64,000 bases of DNA from Bilabrum cf. latius (taxonomy: Eukaryota): NCBI GenBank assembly GCA_965178125.1, contig OZ237765.1, forward strand, positions 620,001 through 684,000, given 5' to 3'. Made by a program: the position numbers and the translations under genes. Positions within the stretch are counted from its first letter, which is position 1. Every line of letters begins with the position of its first letter. Shown piece after piece: positions 1-11,100 of the stretch. The notes below the pieces were generated by a model. It made no database searches, was not told where the DNA came from, and saw only the letters and a program-made list of their open reading frames with translations.

Positions 1-1
1 C

Positions 2-3000
2 GCGAGCGTTGCTCCTCGTCAAAGAGGGGCTCGTGCTTCAATACGAAGGTCGACAATTTTTGGTGGCCCGAGAAAATCTAGTACGACTACGGCGACGAGT
101 AGTGGTGGTGTCGAGACTCGCAGAAGTTCCCAGTCTCTGAGGGAGTCCAAGTCTTAGCCGACACTAAAACGCCGTGCGTCTGCCGCAGCCCCCAAGAAGT
201 CCATCACTGGGCTTGCAAAAGGAGAGGACAGTCTGCCTGAAAACGTCAAGTGGGAAGCAATGCCAGACGAAATCTACAAACGCTGGAAGCAGAGCCTGTT
301 CCAGCACGTAGTCAGCGCAGCTCTCCGCAAGATGCCTCCGAAACCTGTTGAGCCCTCGAAATGGCTGTTCGAGACCGAAGATTAGTACATGCAACGGCGT
401 CGGAAATTCAAGGAAGCTGCAAGCCGCTATCCAGCCGATTGCAGGCGGCGTATCAAGCAATTGAGCTAGGAAGTGCGGAGAGCCAGCTCCCATGGCATTG
501 GCGCCAAGCGTGATCGCGCTCTGTTCGAAAAGGAGCTGCTTGAGAAGCCCTATGCTACGATTAGTGGTGGCGACTGGATCTACTGGATTGCGAAGACCCT
601 GTGTTGGCGTTGCCACGCAGAGGTTCGCCTCTACGAGAAAGCAATGCAACGAGACGCGGTCCGACGCTGGCTGATGCACGCAAGGATGCAGAAGCGGCAG
701 TCAATGGAGCCAGTTGAGCGGTATGACCCTCTTGAGGTGGTTCAAAAGGCCACGACAGGACCGTCATCGAGCCCGTTGCCGTCATCAAGAACGACAGCAA
801 AGGGAGGCGCTGGCAACACAAAGTCAGGATCCCACAATGATGATGATGGTGATGGTGATGGTGAGGTGATGGAGGCTCCATCAAGGAGGGTCCGGAGGCA
901 TACTCGGCTTTCTCTCTTTGATAACTCAGGACACAGTGACTCCTGGCGGCAGATGGTGCAGAGCGGGCGGCGTTCCATGGCCACAGACCTAGGCATGCCC
1001 GACCAACAGTCTGTCAATGCATCCGAAAGCAAGGTGGAAAGCAAGGGGGCGGGCGGCGACTCGTATTCAAGCTCGAAACCATCCGAACGGTTCATTGACG
1101 AAGCACGTACGCCGTTGGGGTTAGCAGCCTCCGTTCCTGTATGGGTTCCCGACAGTCCTGTGCAGCAAGTGCTCCCCCGAGCCAGGCGCGCGGACTCCAT
1201 CGGCTCGACAACGAGCTTTGACAGCGAGCTCGACATCGATGAGGAGAATTACCCACTATTGGCGCCGTCCATGCGCGATCTTCTGGGTGCAATTGACGAT
1301 GGACTCAACGTTTTTGCCGACTACGACGATGACAAGGGCGCACCCGGCGAGCGCAAAACCGAGGCGGTGAGGCAGGTACCGGCCGTCTAGTACCAGTACG
1401 ACAATCTGCTTAATCGGCTTGAGCTGCTTGCGATTGGAACTGCAGCTATCTCTCTTCTCATGGTGCTCGTGGTGGAGGTGGAAAGGCAGGTGCAGAGCTT
1501 AGAGGCCTATGGCATCGGCATCGGCATTGATACTCCAGCCACCTGGGTCATCATCATCAGCAACATAGGTCTGATCATATTTGCCATTAGCAGCTTCTGG
1601 TAGGAGTTTAGGGGCTTCGTGGCGAGTGCATTGAGTGCAGGAACACTAGCAATGGGTACCGCTGGTTCCAAGCTCGACGGACCGTGCCAGGTGTGCGGGT
1701 CAGTGCTGGGCAATGCAGCTGCAGGGTTTGCGTACATTTTCTGCTGCATCTGCATATGTTCGTCATTCTGCAAGAGCACATTGACCAAGCCACGATTCCA
1801 TGGGGCGAGCCGCCTTGGTCACGGCTATATGTCTAGCGGCCCCACCTTGACTGGGCATCCGGTGGGTCGGGGCACTATCGGCCCCTCCTTGGCTGGGCCC
1901 CCGGTGGGTCGGGGCACTGGTGGCCCTAGGTAGGCTGAGACTCCTGTGAGTTGGGGCACTGGTGGCCCCACCTTGACAGGGCGCCCGGAAGGCCGAGACA
2001 CTGGCGGGCCCGCCTGGACTAGGCGCGCGGTGCGTCGGGACACTGCGGCCCCCACCTTGACTGCGCGCCTAGTAGGCCAAGGCACTGGCGGTCCCACTTG
2101 GACTAGGCGCGCAAGGAGTGTCGGAATGCTGACTTTTGGTTTGAACAACCCAATCCTTGAGGTCCAACAAAGGCAGGGACAGTTTGAACAGGAACAGGGG
2201 TATGCGGAGTAGTTGCAGAAGGAAGACGAGAGACGCTGCGGTCGTACTTCCAGTGAACACGGATCTAGGACTAGGACAGAGGCAACGAGTTTCAATCCTA
2301 TGGGTACTGGTCAGGAGAGAAACGTGACTATGCACGGCGCGTTCACTCGCGTGAGATCCGACGCATGCGTGGAGCGCGGCCGTGAAGCTACCGACGACGA
2401 CGGGTCCCAAGCAGACGAAGAGCCCCACGTCAGCCCTGAGGCTGAGTCCCAAGCAGACGAAGAGCCCCACGTCAGCCCTGAGGCTGAGTCCCAAGCAGAC
2501 GAAGAGCCCCACGTCAGCCCTGAGGCTGAGTCCCCATTGATGGCATTCATGAGCCGAGGCAGGCCCAGCTCACGGGGACTGCAAGGCTCGGACAGCGTCA
2601 GAAGCTTAGGCTAGAGAGCTTCCCCGCGGTTTTATGGGGTCCGTGAGGGCGGTCAACATGGCGGTAGTGATGATGGCAGAGATACTCGCGACGAGACACC
2701 AGTGGTTTCATCCGGGTCGCCTGCTACTACCGCTAAGTCAAGCTCATTGCCAGATCGACCACGGTCACGGACGGGCAAAACGAAGAGGAACAAGACTAGG
2801 ACTAGACGCACCGGGATTGTCACAAAGGCGGAAGGAGACAAGCTTAAGCGAGCTGCAAAAATGCAGAGCATACGCATGAGGTTTGAAACCAAACCAGGAA
2901 AAACTCGCGGTGATACTCCATCCCTGAAGGATCTGAAGGCGGCAAAGAAGAAGCCGGCAAAGAAGAAGCCGGCAAAGAAGAAGCGGGTCGTGCCACGCCA

Positions 3001-3004
3001 GTGA
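2..3004 (+). CDS. 5'-partial membrane protein with low-complexity, repeat-rich C-terminal tail (about 1000 aa visible; TAG read as sense)
   Basis: One frame is open from base 2 to TGA 3002-3004, broken only by TAG at 155, 383, 467, 1388, 1601, 1931, 2210 and 2612. It joins ORFs 473..1390, 1619..1933, 1946..2212, 2213..2614 and 2702..3004. Two hydrophobic segments lie at ~1420-1600 (LELLAIGTAAISLLMVLVV; WVIIISNIGLIIFAISSFW). Confidence 0.75.
1837..2112 (+). repeat. Degenerate ~45-bp coding tandem repeat (GTGGPTLTGRP-like units, about 6 copies)
   Basis: Recurrent ggcactgg(t/c)ggcccca/ccttgact motifs at roughly 45-bp spacing, in frame with the upstream CDS. Confidence 0.7.
2405..2534 (+). repeat. 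Perfect 42-bp coding tandem repeat x3 (SQADEEPHVSPEAE)
   Basis: tcccaagcagacgaagagccccacgtcagccctgaggctgag at 2405, 2447 and 2489. Confidence 0.95.
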
Positions 3005-3930
3005 CGAAATCTGTGGACCAAACCAAACCTGCAAAAGGTAAGCAATCGTCGGCGTGGCGCGCAAACGCAAGACCTGCAACCTAAGGTGCTAGATCTAGCG
3101 TGGACATGCCGTTAGGCTCCGCAAATGGCGATTCCGTCTGTGCCTCGCGGAGTGACCGTTCCAACGATTTCCGAATTGCCTGAATCCAGATTGCCTTCGG
3201 AGCCACTGGCAGGCGAGAACACCTTGTGTGCGTGGCTCAGCGAGTGCACACTGTGTGACCTGAGGTGTACAATTACCTGTATACCATGCTTTTAGCCTTT
3301 TGGTCTTTGACCGTCCAAAGGAGAATTTATACCAGCTGATTTGATTTTGGCTTATACTTGCATTTGTTTTTCTCTTTCAAAACCACTATCCAAGAAGGAT
3401 TAGATCTCATATCAATATCAGTGAGCAGTGATTACAGAATGTACATTGTCCAGCACCGTATCGGATCCTATGTGACCCCCCCCCGCTAGGGCAGACAGTC
3501 ACACATCCGGGTGGTTGCAGATAGACTGCATGGAGACCCCATCCTAAATGTTATCAACTACAAAATGGCATGCGCTGCCCCCCAGCGCCCGAATCCATAC
3601 CCGGGATGGATTGAACATGGCTCAATTGCCGCTCAAGTCCAACTGTGACCTCTCAACTTCTTCATCCGCTTGTGGTCGGGTGATCCGATCCCTGGCATAA
3701 GTCAGTCATTACCCACACGTCCACACCTCTACCTGACCATCAAGTGTCCCCTCCTTCGAATTCGTGACATCAAAGTTGATGACCCCGCCAATCATCTCCT
3801 CCTCAACTAACACCCTCACCCCTTCTTCGCCCACCCCTAGCCGCCGTTCCTGTGCGTACCTCACTGACCTGGCCTCATCAACCGTGCTCGCTCTGCTTCG
3901 CCTCACTAGGTTGCATCTGACTGTTCACCT

Positions 3931-3972
3931 CGAGCGGGTACTGCACCCAACGAGCGGGTACTGCACCCAACG
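3931..3972. repeat. Intergenic 20-bp perfect tandem duplication
   Basis: cgagcgggtactgcacccaa at 3931 and 3951. Confidence 0.9.
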
Positions 3973-4099
3973 CGCGACCTCAATCTCAGAGACCTAATTG
4001 ATCGATCTCACCTACCAACATCTGGATGTGACACCTGAAGCTAGTTCTGCCTCCTACGCGCGACTTGAAAAACAGAGATCTTGTCGGCCTCAGCAGCGA

Positions 4100-6841
4100 T
4101 CAAGACCTATTCGCCTCCGTTCTAACCAATAGAACTACATCAAAAACGCCAGCGCCGCCTAACTACAACTGCCCGTCGCACGGGACCGCAAAAGACGCAA
4201 AGGACTTGCCTGCCTTATCTTCGAGCTAGTTGACTACAACTGTTAGCGCGTCCACTGCACATCTTGTTCTGTCAAAGAGCAAGCTGCACGAGCACACAGC
4301 GACTTGCTCGCCATCCCGAGGAGCAAGAGTGGCAATACCAGTTGCCGCAGCTTCTGCAGCACCTGCAAGGCCCATACCATCGGCCGCCATGCATGGCTCC
4401 ATTCGGATGCCCACAGCTACCAGTCCTGCACCCCGACGCACTCCTCGCACTGCGACATGCCAATTTGGGGCAGAATCTACTGCGGGGCCCGTGGCCGAGT
4501 ACTGCACCCCCAGACCGGCCTCCCGTACGTCTGCCGGCTCATCGTCAAGCCAATCGGGATCCTGCACAGACAACTTGGACGCAAAGCACAGCTCCGACTC
4601 TGCAAGCGCAGCCCGTGGTAGGCAACCGACGGTAGCCACCACTAAGGGAAGCAAGCCAGCTTCACCAGCCGTACTTTCTGCTGACCAAGCATCGGGCACG
4701 CAGCCGCTCTTGACCCCCTCATCGAAATCCGGTCCGAGTTCCCGAGAGTTCAGGTTCTCGATCAGCGACTCCTACCCAGCAGCAGGGCCGGAAACTATGG
4801 CATCGCTTGCAATAGCTTCGTCCTCTGCCCAACCTGCCCTGTCGGCAGATAGCATACGCACGCCAGCTGCTCGATGTGCCGCCATCGCTGCACTCAGCAC
4901 ACTACCCGATTCATCCAGCTCGCCATCGAATGCCGTACCGTCGCTTCCCTTGTCTCCGGGTCCACAGCCACACATGGCTTGAACCAGAGTCACCAAGTCA
5001 GCGTCTGTCATTATCACTGGAGCACCACCCTTCGCGCCGTCCTCACATGAATCAGGGATACTAGAAGCTAAGCCGCCTGTGGGCATGCTCTTTACACCAG
5101 GTGCGTCACATGTCGCCTTGAACAGGACGCCGCCAAGGAGCAGGTCCAGGGACGAACCCATCGCGTGCAAGACACGCCCGTTGCTGCGCATCAGCAGCTT
5201 GACCTGATCGATGCAGCCGCCACCTACCATCTGCATCGTCTCCGGTACCAGCCCGATCTGGCCCGCGAGCAGCACCGCGCCTCTCGACCTGTTTGCCTGG
5301 GCGTACGGCCCGATGCAGGAGGGTGCCCATCGCGACCATGACCTCACGTGCAGCACCTCCCTCTGCATCTTGTCACCACGTGCCACCGAGGCGCCAGACC
5401 CGGGGTGCACCCTCACCGAGACTGCCACGTCTCCGCTGCCACCCGGCATGCCGCATTGGATGCAGGATCGGGACGGCGGGAATGACCTAAAGTACTTGCA
5501 GTACTCGCTGTTGATGTCCTTGAACCGCGCCATGTCCCGCACCACGAGGCGGACATACACTGCGTCAGCGAGAGCCTGCATGACGTCATCATGACTCAGA
5601 TCGGACGGTGACCCAAGCTCGCTATCACGCCGCTCTGCGTGAATTCTGGCGCCTGCCGCCCGTAGCAGCGCACCGATTTGCTGTGAAGCGGACGGCAATG
5701 CGGATCCGCATTTTCCATCAATCGATCGTCCAGCAGCACCTGCCGCGCTGCCGGTTGCACCGATTCCATTGAAACAGGCCACCACGTGGAACGATGCATC
5801 CTTGCTTGTGCGGGTGCTGACCGATACCTACACGCTATCCGCGGCATCGCGTGACGCTGAGCAGGAGGGGGTTGCGGCGGCAGCCACTTCCTCCGCGGAC
5901 TCGGGGCTTGCCGCAGCTGATGCTGCAGAAGAAGGAGGACCGGACGGTGTGGAGGAGGCGGCACCACAACCTGTTGCTGGCCCGCTGGCTCCGACGGCCT
6001 TACTCTCCATCGGCAGCCCCAGTGGTGTCAGGGGCTCGCCCCCAGGCACGCTGACTGCTCTAGCCTCTAGGATGGCCATGTGCGAGTCGGGCGCGAACTC
6101 GTCCTTGCTCCGGTCGATTCTCTCGTGCCTCACAAACTCAACGCGCCCCCGCTTGAACAGGCCGGGGCAGTACCTGCAGAATGTCTCGTACTCGCCCCCT
6201 TCACCGCACGGGTTGAGTCCGAATGAGCCCTCCCCTTCCAGCAGGTGCTCGGCCATGCCTGCGATCGACTGGCCGACATGGGAGGGCTTCAGGCCGTACG
6301 ATGCCACCTTGATGAGGACTGCGTCCAGGCCGCTTGTAATCATGTCGCGAAGCAGCGGGGGCTGTCGTCGCCTCCACATGTACCCGAGGGATACCATCCC
6401 AAGCCGGCTGCAAACGTTTTCAACGCGTGTCCGCTGGTAGCTGCTCAGGATTGCTCCTGACGATACAGCCTGTGCTTCCGGAAACATACGTTTGCACTCT
6501 CTAAGAAGCTCGAACATGTCCTCAACTTCGTCCTCCTTTGCTCCAGCACCGGTTGCCGAAGAACTGGCTGCATCATACTGGACACCCGTGGACACGGCTT
6601 TCCCTTGTGTTGGCCGGCGAACCAATGGTACACCGATTGCTGCACCTAGTGCCTCGATTGCGGTGTGTCCCACGGTCTAAAACATGTAGCTATCCAGCTC
6701 TTGGATTGTGGCACCAGAATCCTCTCCATCGATTGGAGGGTGCAAGTTTGCAATACACACAACATGGTGCCCCAACCGCTGACATTCTAGCAAATTATAG
6801 ATGCTATCTTTGCCACCACTTACAAGTCCGATCACCTGCAT
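4100..6841 (-). CDS. DPH6: Diphthine--ammonia ligase (diphthamide synthetase) with C-terminal RidA/YjgF-like domains, ~913 aa
   Basis: Runs from ATG 6841 (MQVIGLVSGGKDS, PP-loop) to TGA 4102-4100 in one frame, with TAG at 6677, 5828, 4772, 4226 and 4163. Motifs: ELDSYMF*TVGH, SSGAILSSYQRTRVENVCSRLG, PCGEGGEYET, and the RidA-like LHVRSWSRWAPSCIGPYAQA...AGQIGLVP. Confidence 0.95.
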
Positions 6842-6930
6842 CCTGCTTCTATTACAATGGCAGAAGTACACAAGGTACCAGACTCCGAATTGACCGACGA
6901 GGTCCAATTTAATTTGCCATTGTAGTCAAA
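6842..6930. promoter_or_regulatory. Very short (89-bp) divergent intergenic region, probable bidirectional promoter
   Basis: Lies between the inferred ATGs of DPH6 (-, 6841) and the next gene (+, 6931); AT-richer than the coding flanks. Confidence 0.5.
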
Positions 6931-7991
6931 ATGCAGGATAGATTTCGGTCGAAAACAGATGCGTCGGTATGTTTCATCATATACCTAGCCTTGCTAGCCA
7001 TAGATTGGCGTCTCTATTCTAATTCGGGCATGATTTCAATTACTTGGTACAAATTTTCGCTTGAGTTGATGTATCGCAGCTAACGTACTATAGAATGCCA
7101 GGAAATGACCTCATCAAGTATATGACAGGTGCATGGAAGAGGAATCTTGTCTGGAGATAGTTCGGAGGCAATTTTGACCTCATGAGTAGCGCTTCTACTC
7201 ATATCGTGGTTGAGCCAGTGCAACTGAAAGGGGGAGGAGCATCTCAAACAATGCAATGGTACTTCGGACCGAGCTTGCATGCAGATGAATTGCGATAGGG
7301 CATTCTGGTAAAGGTGCAGTCTGATGATAGCGACCAGCAGCTGTTGCAGGTCTGGCACCGGTCCTAGCAGGGTCTAGGTCATTTCCATGCGCAGTACGCG
7401 GTAATGGTTTTCAACTTACAGATGGACGACGGTGTTGTTGTGACAACCTGTCGTGCCATTGACGAGGACACGATGGCGGTGTGCACGGTCGACGTGAATG
7501 CTAGCCAAGCGCCCCACGTCATGTACGGCAACATGTTTCGAATCAAGCCCGAGGTGTACAGGGCGCTGACTGAGGAAGTAACCGCGCCTGCCCTCGAGGA
7601 TGGGGGAATAGGAGGGAGCGAGCCATCGGCAGGAGTAGGGGCTGCATCCTCCCGGGACGTGGACTCAAACTGGGTAGGAGGGCCCATGGAGCAGGCAGGG
7701 GCTGCCAGTGGCTTGGGCATGGGGGCGGGCAAGTCATTAGCGGGGCCGTCACCTTCGGAACAAGAAGAGGAAGAAGCAGCGGGAGCAACCGGTGATCCAG
7801 CTGCAGAGGCTGGTATTGCTGCACGGGGAGGAGCGTCGAATGAAGGCGAAGCGCTGGTCGCAGCAGCTGACTCGGCCAGCCGGGAAGGAGATATAAATGC
7901 TGGCGGAGCAGAAAAGGACAGAACAGTTGCAACAGAGGAAACCAAGGAACAAGGCGCCACTGAAGATGACAAATCCACCGAGGATGACTAA
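6931..7991 (+). CDS. Hypothetical protein, join(6931..6966,7080..7991), with acidic C-terminal tail
   Basis: ATG 6931, then a phase-0 GTATGT...CGCAG intron (6967-7079). The frame is then open to TAA 7989-7991 with TAG at 7158, 7296 and 7365. The globular-looking part reads GAWKRNLVWR*FGGNF...RAIDEDTMAVCTVDV...YGNMFRI. Confidence 0.7.
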
Positions 7992-8173
7992 GTGTAGATC
8001 TATTAGTTCATAGTTTATCCCGGATTTTGCCATTCCAAATTTCCGAATTGTTTTGAGTACGTGGCCGACCCGCCATTTTCATTTGGTAATTACACGTTAT
8101 TGTCTACCGAGCGGTTGTCCTCTGGTAGAAATATCACCCATTTAGCGGTCCATGGCAACGATCGTGGCCTTGG

Positions 8174-11100
8174 TCACCCTAAAGGCGCCACCTTTGCCTT
8201 GTTTCCTCCTCCCACGTTGACGTCGGTCTGCGCCCCGCTCTGCATTTCTCGCGTTGCTTCCTTGATCGCTGCCTGCAGAGCCAAGTGATTTAGAAGCAAG
8301 GACTCGGGAAGAAGCACCAACATCTGCCTCGCCGACATCAGAGGCAGCTAAAGCAGTTTCAGCTACGAAATGTAGACCAGGGTCGCGACCGCAAACAGAC
8401 CCACGAACACCCACGTCGCGATCTCGATGTTGCGTCCAGTGTCGTGGAGCCTGGCCATCATGCTGAGGTAGAACCGGGCGATGGTGACGTCAAGGGAGTG
8501 CTGCACGTAGGGTGACATCATGTCCCTGAGCTTGTCGGCCTCGTACAGGGCGTACTCAGCGATGGACAGACTCGACACAGTGCGGTTCAGTCCAACAAGC
8601 TGATCTGTTGATTGTGTTGTCAAGCCGGTTGTACTGGTCTGAAGCCTCCTCACGCTGCTTCCGGCCCCATGATAACCAGATTCATACATCGGTTTGCTCT
8701 TCGGGGCTCGCAGCCTCGAGGTACGGGCGCGGAGAAACCGAGGTGTGTTGAGGTCTGTCTCGCCCAGCACGTCCTGCACCTACCCGCCGCCCGTGATGTT
8801 GCTATACACGCGGGCAGCAAAGTCTCTCGCCTCGAATGACCACGAAGCCACGGCTGACACGAGACCCTCGGCGATGATGCCATCTTGCAGGGAGCGACAG
8901 TCCTCAATCACGGGCTGCACTAGCCGAGGGTCGGATGGAGGAGGGCGCAGGTCTTGATTTTGGCTCTGCTGCACGATGGCATCCACACTGACAGACAGGT
9001 ACTGCATTGGTATGCAGCCATCTCGATTAAGCACGTTGTATACCTCCTTCTCTGTAGTATCACGGCCGTCGTCCCGGATGCCACCCGCCTGAGTATGCCT
9101 GAGCGGTGTCTCGTACAGCCTGTCGCCCTTCTCGCCGTCTGCGAAGATTAGCATGTCCGCGCTGGCCTCTGCTCCCGTTGCTAGCATCGAGCTAAGCTGC
9201 TCGATGATTCGAGTCAGGGTGGCAATCTTGGACGCCCGGTGCTCAATGCTGGCCTTCCGTGATGTCTGGTTGGCAGTCGGGTCATGGTAGTACGCGTATA
9301 GATCTTCTGCCATTGCCTAAGCATTCGTGGACAGCAGCTGGGATCTGGCCTGGATGGATTGAGTAACGACTGCTCGCTTGGTGAGCGTGCCTATATCGTA
9401 GCCCAGGCTGGTCTGAATAAGCAAAAGAGCCCCGGCAAAGACGAGAATGGTGGAAACTGGGAGCAGCAGGCAAGCAATGGACCGGCATACGAAGGTAGAC
9501 GAGTTCGAATGGCTGCGCATGTGCTCCCGCGCATCCGTTAGCGTTCGCTGCTGGACCTCGTAACGTGACTGACGCTTCTACCTTAGAGCTGAAGATCGGC
9601 TAGGGGAAGCGCTCGAGATAGCAGAACCACGCCTTCCTCCGAGCTACAAGGCGTCATCATTGTTGGCAGTCGCAGTGGCAGCAGAGTTCGGTGCTTCTAA
9701 GCCGTATCCGTGACCACTTGGTATGATGGACACACGGCCGCGCTGGGGGCTGTCGCTGCTGTCGCTATCAGACTCCGCGTTCTCATCCTCCCAAAGCTCC
9801 TCCTCTAGATCGCTGTCTTGCATGCTGCTGTCGCTCCCTAGCACTGATTCGCTTTCGCTGAGCACCTTCTCGAGGCTCTTCTGCGAGTACTGCGCCAGCC
9901 GCTTGGCGTGGGTCTGCGAGATCAGCATGAAGATACGCAGCACCTGGTCTGTCTTCTCGCCCAGCTGACGAAGCAAGATCACGAACGACGACCCGCCCAA
10001 GATCAGCATCACGCCAGTGGTCACCGCCCCAAACAGAAGCACCTGAATGCCATACTGCTCAATGTTGGTCTCGAGCCGAACCTTGTGCCTCCGGGTGGCA
10101 TACGACATCATCAGATCCACCTCCTCGGCGTTCTGCACCACGAATTGCACGTCCCGGATGGACCGCGATACGGCGTCAGTCGCCCCTTTGCCCACTCTGC
10201 GGAGGGCTGCCACGAGGTCACGCAGCTGCTCTTCGACTGTCTTGAACTGGGTGCCACCTCCGGACAGGCCGGGTAGCTTGATGGGCAGCTCTCTGGTGAT
10301 CTCGAATGTGTCGTAGATGCCGGCCTCCTGGATCGCCTCTTGCAGCCTGCCGTGAGTGTCCTGCACCTCGTCGGCATCCAGCAGCATCAGGTGCTGCAAC
10401 GCAACTGGATCGTGAATCTCCTGCCTGTGCACCAGAGACATGTTGAAATTGGTCAGCTGTCGCGCTGGACTTGAACCTTGTCTGTGCATCTGGTTGGGGT
10501 AGTCAGGGTACACAACCTGTCCATTCATCACCACCTCGTACGGTGATACAAGGTCGATGTCATTCCGGTTCGCACTCCACACGAGCTTGTTCTCAGCACT
10601 GAGAAAGGCTAGCTGCCGGCGGCCCGCAAGCCAGACGGTGTTGGACATCTCTTGCAGCACGTGAACGAAGTTGCGGGTCCAAAGCGTCACCAGCACGCCC
10701 ATGACGAGCACCACGAGGGCCTGCACCCCGAGAAAGCGGTTTGAGATCCGGATCTGGGACTCGGTGGTGCTGGCCGCCATCTGGGCCGCAGTACCGAGTG
10801 CGCTACGACCAGCAATCGAGGACGTGCTATACTCCGAAGGCACCGAACCGGTGCCAGCTGCGTACGCGCCGGCCCTGTCTCCGTTGCTACCTCTGCCCTG
10901 CTTGACGGAAGCAATCTGAAGAGAAGTAGAATGGCGGCGCCCTGCAAGGCTTGCACCCCCGCTAATTCGTTTGGCTTCTCTACTCCCCCCTCTGTCAGAT
11001 CGCCCCGCACTACCGCGTCGTACCGCCCACCTCGCAGATGGCCCTGGTGTTGCAACGTATGCACCGGTCTCGAAAGTGATGCTTCTGCCAGCCTCAGATA

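Noticed and set aside
2405-2534. 42-bp (and the 36-bp at 47532) repeats as CRISPR arrays
   Set aside because: They are head-to-tail with no unique spacers, are multiples of three, sit in coding frames, and there are no cas genes.
6677-6679. A-to-I editing (UAG to Trp), pyrrolysine, or UAG=Leu/Glu
   Set aside because: The conserved columns in DPH6 and TAF1 call for Gln, and TAG clusters with CAG/CAA. U-to-C editing to CAG cannot be excluded from DNA alone, but it would be expected to leave internal TAA/TGA too, and none was seen.
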